Notes: a model not told the origin generated them from the letters alone. A stretch of DNA of 64,000 nucleotides from Eledone cirrhosa (GCA_964016885.1 OZ024742.1:370202001-370266000), one strand, 5' to 3'. Positions 1 to 11,300 are shown, counted from the first letter of the stretch. Translations and numbers: made by a program.

Positions 1-70
1 ACATACATACATATATAGGTACATACATACATACATATATAGGTACATACATACATACATATATAGGTAC

Positions 71-122
<52 letters not shown>

Positions 123-143
123 GTACATACATATATATATAGG

Positions 144-179
<36 letters not shown>

Positions 180-280
180 CAGGTACATACATATATATAT
201 AGGTACATACATACATATATAGGTACATACATACATACATAGGTACATACATACATATATATATAGGTACATACATACAT

Positions 281-311
<31 letters not shown>

Positions 312-315
312 CAGG

Positions 316-347
<32 letters not shown>

Positions 348-351
348 CAGG

Positions 352-385
<34 letters not shown>

Positions 386-389
386 CAGG

Positions 390-421
<32 letters not shown>

Positions 422-848
422 CAGGTACATACATACATATATATACATATATATATACAGGTACATACATACATATATATACATATATATATATATATAC
501 ATATATATATACAGGTACATACATACATATATATATATATATACATATATATATACAGGTACATACATACATATATATATATATACAGGTACATACATAC
601 ATACATACATATATATATATATACAGGTACATACATACATACATATATATATATATACAGGTACATACATACATACATATATATATATACAGGTACATAC
701 ATACATATATATATATACAGGTACATACATATATATATATATATATACAGGTACATACATACATACATATATATATATATACAGGTACATACATACATAC
801 ATATATATATATACAGGTACATACATACATACATATATATACAGGTAC

Positions 849-881
<33 letters not shown>

Positions 882-1038
882 CAGGTACATACATACATAC
901 ATACATATATATATATATATACAGGTACATATATATATATATATGTACCTGTATATATAGATATATATATATGTATATATGTATATATATACATATATAT
1001 ATATCTATATATACATATATATATATCTATATATACAG

Positions 1039-1069
<31 letters not shown>

Positions 1070-1072
1070 CAG

Positions 1073-1152
<80 letters not shown>

Positions 1153-1310
1153 GTACATATATATATATACAGGTACATATATATATATACAGGTACATAT
1201 ATATATATAGGTACATATACATATATATATACAGGTAGATACATATATATACAGGTAGATACATATATATATACAGGTAGATACATATATATACAGGTAC
1301 ATACCTATAT
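1..1310. repeat. Compound micro/minisatellite: (C/T)AGGTAC anchors separated by variable (ACAT)n and (AT)n runs
   Basis: About 40 copies of AGGTAC(AT)/AGGTAGAT separated by ACAT and AT runs. It begins before the window. The YI-rich ORFs at 971-1371 are translations of it. Confidence 0.97.
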
Positions 1311-1612
1311 ATAGGGATGCACACAAACTCATACAGGTAATGTACACATATACAAGTACACATACACACACTCATATAGAGGTACACACAATTCTACAGG
1401 TAGACAGACAATTGTACACACACAGGTACACAGACACACACACACACACACTCATATCCAGGTATACACAATTATAGACACGTACACTCATATCCAGGTA
1501 CACGTACACACACACACATAGTATGTACATCACTCTAGCATAGAAAACTGAGGATCAAACCAGCTAATGTCCATTGTATTTATTTATGTGCAGGTATATG
1601 TACACACACACC
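1311..1612. repeat. Degenerate (CA)n-rich continuation that still carries CAGGTA anchors
   Basis: ACAC runs with scattered caggta/aggtac motifs; cactcatatccaggta occurs twice (~1448, ~1485). Confidence 0.75.
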
Positions 1613-2067
1613 TAAATATGTGATTGGTTCTATATCTTACGCCCGTCTCCCTCATTTGGAAGTCATGTGATGACGTCAGCAGTCTTCAACTGCTACTAAG
1701 TCACTAGTAGACCTTTGCGATAGAACATCAAGGATCAATTCCCATTGACGAACCTCTTATTTGGTCCTGGTTGTGTTTGTTCCTACCTGGTGGTTCTGGA
1801 GCTGTGTACTAGGTGTAACTATTGCACTGCACACAACACAGAGAAGAAACCAACGATTTACGTTTGGTCGAGGCTAAATTATTTAACACTCACACATAGT
1901 GCCGAACTTACCACTAATAACTAAATGTGTACCATCTGAATCACCGATAAGCACTTCGGAAATGCAAGTCCAGTGAAATCATTGAGCAAGTGGGAAATTT
2001 CGGTGTACTATCAGAAACTCAGTTTGTCTAGTTCGATACACTACGTTTCATATATATATATATATAT

Positions 2068-2256
2068 TGTTATACTTTGGGAGGGTCATGTTGCCAATAA
2101 GAAACTCACGCACCAGTTGCTTTCACTCCAATTTATTATAAATTAAAAAATAAAAAAAAAAGATTTTAATTTTTTTATTTATTTTAATTTAATTGGCGTG
2201 AAAGCAACTGGTGCGTATTTTTCTCATTGGCAACATGACCCTCCCAAAGTATAACA
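2068..2256. mobile_element. Foldback / MITE-like non-autonomous DNA element with TGT...ACA ends
   Basis: 2068-2098 is the perfect reverse complement of 2226-2256 (31 bp). Arms extend to 66 bp (2068-2133 / 2191-2256) with 5 mismatches. The centre is an A-rich then T-rich tract. TAT flanks both sides, and the left end abuts a (TA)n run. Confidence 0.8.
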
Positions 2257-2647
2257 TATCGGTTTCAACACGCGTTTTCAGATAAAGAATCTTGATAAAC
2301 AAATTCAAAAACGAAATATATATATATATATAAACAATTCCAACCGTGACTAACCCCACTGAAAAGTTTCGTGAAATAGTCTTTTTAAGACTATATAGAG
2401 CATTTGTAGATTTTTCCAAATTGAAGGATAAGTATTTACTCTTAATTTTATTCTGAGTTAAGATTCTATTAGTTTTTTCCCTGGATTACACAAAATCTGT
2501 GGATAAAATTTCTGTCTTGACTTTTTTTGAATTGGGATTGAATTATTTTCCCATATCTTACGTTAAATATTTTCCATCTTGATGTAATAGTCACTTATAT
2601 GTCTGAATTACTGTTGGCTTCTTGCTCACATTAATTTCTCTATTTTC

Positions 2648-2650
<3 letters not shown>

Positions 2651-2683
<33 letters not shown>
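2651..2683. repeat. (TA)n microsatellite (other runs at ~2050-2067, 2317-2332, 2898-2910, 3045-3071)
   Basis: Direct reading of the sequence. Confidence 0.95.
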
Positions 2684-2685
<2 letters not shown>

Positions 2686-2897
2686 CAGTTCCTCGGAGGA
2701 CTAACAGCACACCCAGAAGCTGGACATATCGATGAATTGACAGAGTGGAACACATTACAACACCATGTTTACCTGTTCTTTCTACATTATTTCATACTGC
2801 CCGATGAGCTCACAGCCAATAATAGCTGTCACTGAAATATATATAGCAGAGAATTTATAATAAACGAAGCCAAATGTAACATGTTTGACTTACTTAT
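2684..2897 (+). mobile_element. Putative Penelope-like pseudo-LTR / retrozyme-like solo unit between two (TA)n runs
   Basis: ~215-bp complex segment bounded by (TA)n on both sides. It contains a hammerhead-like fold followed by AATAAA (2859-2864). The family assignment is inference from the known association of Penelope-like elements with hammerheads. Confidence 0.45.
2797..2849 (+). ncRNA. Degenerate minimal type-I hammerhead ribozyme motif
   Basis: Stem I CTGC(2797-2800)/GCAG(2846-2849). Core CCGATGA (2801-2807; consensus CTGANGA, one mismatch). Stem II ACAGC(2812-2816)/GCTGT(2825-2829) with an imperfect base. GAAA at 2834-2837. 2-bp stem III with palindromic ATAT loop and an AUA cleavage triplet ending at 2845. 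Confidence 0.55.
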
Positions 2898-2910
2898 TAT
2901 ATATATATAT

Positions 2911-3046
2911 CATCATCATCCTCATCATCAACGTTTAACGTCCGTGTTCCACGCTTGCATGGGTTTGGACGGGGGTAGTCCCACTTGAGGCAAGAGTGAT
3001 TGTCTTGCTCGCATAGGACTGTCTGGCAGGTTTTCTACAGTTGGAT
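2911..3046 (-). mobile_element. 3' part of a SINE / RTE-related retroposon with a (GAT)n tail
   Basis: Minus strand reads atccaactgtagaaaacctgccaga...gtccaaacccatgcaagcgtggaacacggacgttaaacgttgatgatgaggatgatgatg. It aligns by eye with the + strand at 5097-5160. The tail resembles an abundant octopus retroposon end (from recall). Confidence 0.7.
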
Positions 3047-3341
3047 ATATATATATATATATATATATATAAATGTGTTTGTGTATGAATGGATTTATAA
3101 ACAAGAGGAAAAGTGCTCAATACAAAAGTAGAGCAATATATTTATATTACTGAGATTATCACCAAACCAAGGATGACTAGCAAAGTCTGATGTTTGACCA
3201 ATTCTGCCAATCCACAATGACAGTAGAAGCTTATCGAGTACTTTATCTGGTATATTTCACCCCCGTCAGTAAATAGAAGCAGCCCCCATTTTTGTTATTA
3301 ACTGAAGAGTTGATATATGGTGGTTTTAAGAATAAAATTAA

Positions 3342-4254
3342 TTAACTGTTTTGACACCAAATCAACTGAAACTGCCTTTGATTGATAGAAAGCTGTTTTA
3401 AAGTGTTTATATTTATCTAAAACCACTCATTGGTAATTTTATATGTTTCAAACACCAGCTGAATAATTAAAAAGTTAGTTATATTTCTAAATCCCTTCAA
3501 ATGCTTGATTATTTTCAAAATTAACTTGACAGAAGGTGATCTCCGACTCGCACTTGATAGGTTTCATGCAGAGTGCTGCATGGCTGGAATGAAAATCAGT
3601 GCTGTGAAAACTGAGACACTCATCCTCTCAAGGAAGCCTGCGCAGTGCACTCTACATGTGAATGGAGTTCCACTGAAGCAGGTAGAGATGTTCAAGTATC
3701 CCAGGGCTGTGTTCATGAGTGGTGGAAAGCAGGAGGCTGAATTAAGTGCAATAATTGCAGGAGCTGCAGTAATGTGCTAGCTTCAGCATTCAATAATTAG
3801 AAAAAGGGAGGTAGGTGTAAAAGCCAAACTATCTTCAATTTGGTATTCGTGCAAACCCTTACCTATGGTTATGAATCTTGGATAATGACAGAAAGAATAT
3901 GATCGTGAATACAAATGGTTGAAATGGGGTTCCTCCGAGGGGTCTTCAGAGTAGCATTACTCAGAGTATGTACCTCAAGCTCAGAGAGTCACTCCAGGTA
4001 GAGCCACTACTTCTACGAATTGAGATATCACAGCTCCGATACAATGGCCATGTGGTTAGAATGTCACAGGAAAGAATCACTGGACAGATTTTACAGACAA
4101 AACCAACTAGCAGGAGACCCAGGGATAGATCCCAAACAAGATGGTTGGATAACATCCACGAGATTGGCTGGTCTTGCTTGGGGATCCAGCCAGATCAGTT
4201 GGAGACAGTTGCTTCTGACAAGACCAGCTGGAAATATGGTCAAGTAAGGGTTAA
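3342..4254. mobile_element. Possible decayed TTAA-bounded (piggyBac-type) MITE interrupted by the RTE fragment
   Basis: Left end TTAActgttttgacacca (3342) and right end tggtcaagtaagggTTAA (4254) are a weak inverted pair. AT-rich body at 3346-3525. Resembles a cephalopod repeat from recall only. Confidence 0.35.
3529..4234 (+). pseudogene. 5'-truncated, inactivated RTE-clade non-LTR retrotransposon (Rex3/Expander-like) ORF: end of the RT domain plus C-terminal region
   Basis: DLRLALDRFHAECCMAGMKISAVKTE...LKQVEMFKY (RT end and thumb, GMKIS..K.E and FKYLG-like). In another frame, TLTYGYESW...EMGFLR (~3855-3940). Then VEPLLLRIEISQLRYNGHVVRM...RRPRDRSQTRWLD...LGIQPDQLETVA, matching the RTE C-terminal W.GH..RM / RPRGRP..RW.D motifs. 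In-frame stops and frameshifts are present. Confidence 0.92.
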
Positions 4255-4573
4255 ATAACAATATTTGCAAATATGGAAAAATATAAAATGTAAAATTATT
4301 TGGTTTAATACACCATTTGGTCTTTGAGTGAATCTGAGTATCAAAATACATTTTCTCACCTTATATATGTACTTTCTAAAAACTCCTAAGTATTATAATT
4401 ATAAGTTTCTAAGGATTATATCAGGTTGATCAAGTCGACCCTGTAAGGGGGTTGGGCTGGAATCACAACCTGTGGCACTGGGAATAACAAAATGTAAGAG
4501 ACCAAGCTGAACATGGATTCTAGGAGATAGACATGGTCACTTGTCTAAATCATGCATGGAAAATAAGGTTATA

Positions 4574-4750
4574 TGATGGTGATGGAGGTGGTGGTGGTGA
4601 TGGTAGTGGAGGTGGTGGTGGTGATGACTGGGGTTGTGGTCATCGTGATGGTGTGGTGGTGATGATGAAGATGAGGAAGAAGATAATGATGGTGATCAGG
4701 AAGAGGAGGATGTTGTTTGTGGTGTTAATGGTGGTGATGATGATGGTGGC
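4574..4750. repeat. Imperfect (GGT/GAT)n trinucleotide microsatellite
   Basis: Runs of gatggtgatggaggtggtggt...gatgatgaagatgagg; explains the low-complexity ORF at 4533-4787. Confidence 0.9.
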
Positions 4751-4854
4751 AAACAAAAACTCTCACACAATCAGATATTTTAATTGATATATTTTAAAAT
4801 ACCTCAAGAGTGACACCCAAATGGATGATCAACAAATCAAAAGCTTTCCTATGG

Positions 4855-5075
4855 ACAAAAAGCATCCAGTCCACCCTGTAAAGTGGCCATGTAGGTGTCA
4901 CAACAAAAGGCACCCAGTCCACCCTGTAAAGTGGACATGTAGGTGTCACGACAATAAGCACCCAGTCCACACGTAAAGTGGTCATGTAGGTGTCACAATA
5001 AAAAGCACTCAGTCCATACTGTAAGGTGGTCATGTAGGTGTCACAACAATAAGCACCCAGTATTCACTGTAAATG
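4855..5075 (+). repeat. 48-bp minisatellite, ~4.5 copies
   Basis: gcaYYcagt recurs at 4862, 4910, 4958, 5005 and 5053 (periods 48, 48, 47, 48). Unit is about aaaagcacccagtccaccctgtaaagtggtcatgtaggtgtcacaaca. Confidence 0.93.
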
Positions 5076-5165
5076 AGGTTGGCATTAGGGAGGGCATCCA
5101 GCCATAGAAACCAAGCCAGAAACAGTTCTGTATGAGCAAGACATGGTCACCTGACTCAACTAGCC
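5048..5165 (+). mobile_element. SINE / RTE-related retroposon fragment (same family as 2911-3046, opposite orientation)
   Basis: aagcacccagt...gttggcattagggagggcatccagccatagaaacc motif. 5097-5160 aligns to the reverse complement of ~2983-3046. A residual GAT-type tail lies at ~5311-5330. Confidence 0.65.
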
Positions 5166-5224
5166 GCTAATGGGACAACTTGTCTATGAGATTTTGATTT
5201 TGAGAACAATACCTTAATGTCAGT

Positions 5225-5310
5225 ATGAGTGGCCGGTTATGACTGGTTTGAACAGAAAGAGGTGAGAGAATTGTGGCCGGATACAGCCGGTTTAAATGCT
5301 AAAGAGTTAA
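5225..5310. mobile_element. Right end of a TTAA-terminated (piggyBac-like) MITE fragment
   Basis: Ends ggccggatacagccggtttaaatgctaaagagTTAA and contains an internal diverged repeat tggccggttatgactggtttgaa. The matching left terminus was not found. Family is from recall. Confidence 0.4.
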
Positions 5311-8300
5311 ACAGCAATGAGGATGATGAATATGTTTTCAATGGTTTCCAATAGTCTCTGATTCTGGTATAAATATAAGATTTGAGAGATTTCATTTCTT
5401 GTTTGAAACATCAATAAAACATGGAACTGAAGAGTTACAATTTAACACAAACCTGCCAGAACACCCCTCCCCCCTTTTCTACAATACTAAGTTAATTTTA
5501 AGTATTTATATTAATTCAAAACCTTTCCGTCTTAATTTTATGTAAGAACCTATACTATTTTACCTGTTCCAGCCAAGTGGTTGAGGCCATGTTGGGACAC
5601 CGCCATGTTAAGTTTAGTTCCAAATACCTGTTTAATAATGAGAAAATTATATACACACGCACACATGTATTTCATGATTCATACACTTAATTTTCCTGAC
5701 ATTTGAACATCAATCTATGTACTAATCATGCACCTTTGATGAGTTGTAGTGTACGTGAGCACTGTACATAATAATTTCATTATTATTTTTTTTATTATTA
5801 CTAAACCTATCCGAATTCTTGATTATTTCCAAAGTTATTTGAAAATCCTAAGCAGTGTCTTTCATTAGGAAAGTGGTAATGGAAGAGTTAAACTAAATTT
5901 TATATTATATCATTTTATTGAGTATATTTTCTAAAATTAATACACAATCCTTAGAAATTTAAATATACACATTATACACACATATAAACACTGACACAGC
6001 CACCACCCCCTCCATATTATAACACTGACACAGCCACCACCCCCTCCATATTATAACACTGACATAGCCACCACCACCTCCATATTATAACACTAACATA
6101 ACCACCACCTCCTCCATATTATAACACTGACATAGCCACCACCACCTCCATATTATAACACTAACATAACCACCACCTCCTCCATATTATAACACTGACA
6201 TAGCCTCCACCACCACCATATTATAACACTGACATAACCACCACCTCCTCCATATTATAACACTGACATAACCACCACCTCCTCCATATTATAACACTGA
6301 CATAGCCACCACCACCTCCTCCATATTATAACACTGACATAACCACCACCCCCTCCATATTATAACACTGACATAGCCTCCATCACCTCCATATTATAAC
6401 ACTGACACAGCCACCACCACCCCCTCCATATTATAACACTGACATAGCCTCCACCACCCCCTCCATGTTATAACACTGACATAGCCACCACCTTCCCCTC
6501 CATATTATAACACTGACACAGCCACCACCCCCTCCATATTATAACACTGACATAGCCTCCACCTCCCCCTCCATATTATAACACTGACACAGCCACCACC
6601 CCCTCCATATTATAACACTGACATAGCCTCCACCTCCCCCTCCATATTATAACACTGACATAGCCACCACCTCCTCCATATTATAACACTGACATAGCCA
6701 CCACCTCCTCCATATTATAACACTGACATAACCACCACCTCCTCCATATTATAACACTGACATAGCCACCACCACCTCCTCCATATTATAACACTGACAT
6801 AGCCACCACCTCCTCCATATTATAACACTGACATAGCCTCCACCTCCCCCTCCATATTATAACACTGACACAGCCACCACCCCCTCCATATTATAACACT
6901 GACACAGCCACCACCCCCTCCATATTATAACACTGACATAGCCACCACCACCTCCATATTATAACACTAACATAACCACCACCTCCTCCATATTATAACA
7001 CTGACATAGCCACCACCACCTCCTCCATATTATAACACTGACATAGCCACCACCTCCTCCATATTATAACACTGACATAGCCACCACCACCTCCTCCATA
7101 TTATAACACTGACATAACCACCACCTCCTCCATATTATAACACTGACATAGCCACCACCTCCTCCATATTATAACACTGACATAACCACCACCTCCTCCA
7201 TATTATAACACTGACATAACCACCACCTCCTCCATATTATAACACTGACATAGCCACCACCACCTCCTCCATATTATAACACTGACATAACCACCACCTC
7301 CTCCATATTATAACACTGACATAGCCACCACCTCCTCCATATTATAACACTGACATAACCACCACCTCCTCCATATTATAACACTGACATAACCACCACC
7401 TCCTCCATATTATAACACTGACATAACCACCACCCCCTCCATATTATAACACTGACATAGCCACCACCACCTCCTCCATATTATAACACTGACATAACCA
7501 CCACCTCCTCCATATTATAACACTGACATAGCCACCACCACCTCCTCCATATTATAATACTGACATAACCACCACGCCCTCCATATTATAACACTGACAT
7601 AGCCACCACCACCTCCTCCATATTATAACACTGACATAACCACCACCTCCTCTATATTATAACACTGACATAACCACCACCTCCTCCATATTATAACACT
7701 GACATAACCACCACCCCCTCCATATTATAACACTGACATAGCCACCACCACCTCCTCCATATTATAACACTGACATAACCACCACCTCCTCCATATTATA
7801 ACACTGACATAACCACCACCTCCTCCATATTATAACACTAACATAGCCACCACCTCCTCCATATTATAACACTGACATAACCACCACCTCCTCCATATTA
7901 TAACACTGACATAACCACCACCTCCTCCATATTATAACACTGACATAGCCTCCACCTCCCCCTCCATATTATAACACTGACACAGCCACCACCCCCTCCA
8001 TATTATAACACTGACACAGCCACCACCCCCTCCATATTATAACACTGACATAGCCACCACCACCTCCATATTATAACACCAACATAACCACCACCTCCTC
8101 CATATTATAACACTGACATAGCCACCACCACCTCCTCCATATTATAACACTGACATAGCCACCACCTCCTCCATATTATAACACTGACATAGCCACCACC
8201 ACCTCCTCCATATTATAACACTGACATAACCACCACCTCCTCCATATTATAACACTGACATAACCACCACCTCCTCCATATTATAACACTGACATAACCA

Positions 8301-11300
8301 CCACCTCCTCCATATTATAACACTGACATAGCCACCACCACCTCCTCCATATTATAACACTGACATAACCACCACCTCCTCCATATTATAACACTGACAT
8401 AGCCACCACCTCCTCCATATTATAACACTGACATAACCACCACCTCCTCCATATTATAACACTGACATAACCACCACCTCCTCCATATTATAACACTGAC
8501 ATAACCACCACCCCCTCCATATTATAACACTGACATAGCCACCACCACCTCCTCCATATTATAACACTGACATAACCACCACCTCCTCCATATTATAACA
8601 CTGACATAGCCACCACCACCTCCTCCATATTATAACACTGACATAACCACCACCCCCTCCATATTATAACACTGACATAGCCACCACCACCTCCTCCATA
8701 TTATAACACTGACATAACCACCACCTCCTCTATATTATAACACTGACATAACCACCACCTCCTCCATATTATAACACTGACATAACCACCACCCCCTCCA
8801 TATTATAACACTGACATAGCCACCACCACCTCCTCCATATTATAACACTGACATAACCACCACCTCCTCCATATTATAACACTGACATAACCACCACCTC
8901 CTCCATATTATAACACTGACATAGCCACCACCACCTCCTCCATATTATAACACTGACATAACCACCACCTCCTCCATATTATAACACTGACATAGCCACC
9001 ACCACCTCCTCCATATTATAACACTGACATAACCACCACCTCCTCCATATTATAACACTGACATAGCCACCACCTCCTCCATATTATAACACTGACATAA
9101 CCACCACCTCCTCCATATTATAACACTAACATAGCCACCACCTCCTCCATATTATAACACTGACATAACCACCACCTCCTCCATATTATAACACTGACAT
9201 AACCACCACCTCCTCCATATTATAACACTGACATAGCCACCTCCTCCCTCTCCATATTATAACACTGACATAGCCACCACCACCTCCTCCATATTATAAC
9301 ACTGACATAACCACCACCTCCTCCATATTATAACACTGACATAACCACCACCTCCTCCATATTATAACACTGACATAACCACCACCTCCTCCATATTATA
9401 ACACTGACATAGCCACCACCTCCTCCATATTATAACACTGACATAACCACCACCTCCTCCATATTATAACACTGACATAACCACCACCTCCTCCATATTA
9501 TAACACTGACATAACCACCACCCCCTCCATATTATAACACTGACATAGCCACCACCACCTCCTCCATATTATAACACTGACATAACCACCACCTCCTCCA
9601 TATTATAACACTGACATAGCCACCACCACCTCCTCCATATTATAACACTGACATAACCACCACCCCCTCCATATTATAACACTGACATAGCCACCACCAC
9701 CTCCTCCATATTATAACACTGACATAACCACCACCCCCTCCATATTATAACACTGACATAGCCACCACCACCTCCTCCATATTATAACACTGACACAGCC
9801 ACCACCCCCTCCATATTATAACACTGAGACAGCCACCACCCCCTCCATATTATAACACTGACATAGCCACCACCACCTCCATATTATAACACTAACATAA
9901 CCACCACCTCCTCCATATTATAACACTGACATAGCCACCACCACCTCCTCCATATTATAACACTGACATAGCCACCACCTCCTCCATATTATAACACTGA
10001 CATAGCCACCACCACCTCCTCCATATTATAACACTGACATAACCACCACCTCCTCTATATTATAACACTGACATAACCACCACCTCCTCCATATTATAAC
10101 ACTGACATAACCACCACCCCCTCCATATTATAACACTGACATAGCCACCACCACCTCCTCCATATTATAACACTGACATAACCACCACCTCCTCCATATT
10201 ATAACACTGACATAACCACCACCTCCTCCATATTATAACACTGACATAGCCACCACCACCTCCTCCATATTATAACACTGACATAACCACCACCTCCTCC
10301 ATATTATAACACTGACATAGCCACCACCACCTCCTCCATATTATAACACTGACACAGCCACCACCCCCTCCATATTATAACACTGAGACAGCCACCACCC
10401 CCTCCATATTATAACACTGACATAGCCACCACCACCTCCATATTATAACACTAACATAACCACCACCTCCTCCATATTATAACACTGACATAGCCACCAC
10501 CACCTCCTCCATATTATAACACTGACATAACCACCACCTCCTCCATATTATAACACTGACATAGCCACCACCTCCTCCATATTATAACACTGACATAACC
10601 ACCACCTCCTCCATATTATAACACTGACATAACCACCACCTCCTCCATATTATAACACTAACATAGCCACCACCTCCTCCATATTATAACACTGACATAA
10701 CCACCACCTCCTCCATATTATAACACTGACATAGCCACCTCCTCCCCCTCCATATTATAACACTGACATAGCCACCACCACCTCCTCCATATTATAACAC
10801 TGACATAACCACCACCTCCTCCATATTATAACACTGACATAACCACCACCTCCTCCATATTATAACACTGACATAGCCTCCACCTCCCCCTCCATATTAT
10901 AACACTGACACAGCCACCACCCCCTCCATATTATAACACTGACACAGCCACCACCCCCTCCATATTATAACACTGACATAGCCACCACCACCTCCATATT
11001 ATAACACTAACATAACCACCACCTCCTCCATATTATAACACTGACATAGCCACCACCACCTCCTCCATATTATAACACTGACATAACCACCACCTCCTCC
11101 ATATTATAACACTGACATAACCACCACCTCCTCCATATTATAACACTGACATAGCCACCACCACCTCCTCCATATTATAACACTGACATAACCACCACCT
11201 CCTCCATATTATAACACTGACATAACCACCACCTCCTCCATATTATAACACTGACATAGCCACCACCACCTCCTCCATATTATAACACTGACATAACCAC

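Noticed and set aside
971-1371. Four overlapping YI/YV-rich ORFs
   Set aside because: Translations of (AT)n/(ACAT)n microsatellite that lack stops by composition.
1942-2005. Second hammerhead ribozyme
   Set aside because: The core would need two or more changes (CCGATAA), and stem I overlaps the core register. Kept only as a hint in the 1615-2049 finding.
2189-3120. Minus-strand ORFs 2189-2419 and 2935-3120
   Set aside because: They have non-ATG starts, cross (TA)n runs and repeat fragments, and show no protein-like signal.
3961-4351. Alternative-frame and antisense ORFs (3961-4155 -, 4020-4247 +, 4091-4351 -)
   Set aside because: Shadows of the RTE pseudogene frame.
4533-5033. ORFs 4533-4787 (+) and 4794-5033 (-)
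   Set aside because: They derive from a GGT/GAT microsatellite and the 48-bp minisatellite (a multiple of 3), with no recognisable domain.
5560-5800. Possible further SINE fragments (ggccatgttgggacaccgcc; gtgagcactgtacatataatttcattattatt)
   Set aside because: Resemblance is from memory only, and the pieces are too short and diverged to define boundaries without a library search.
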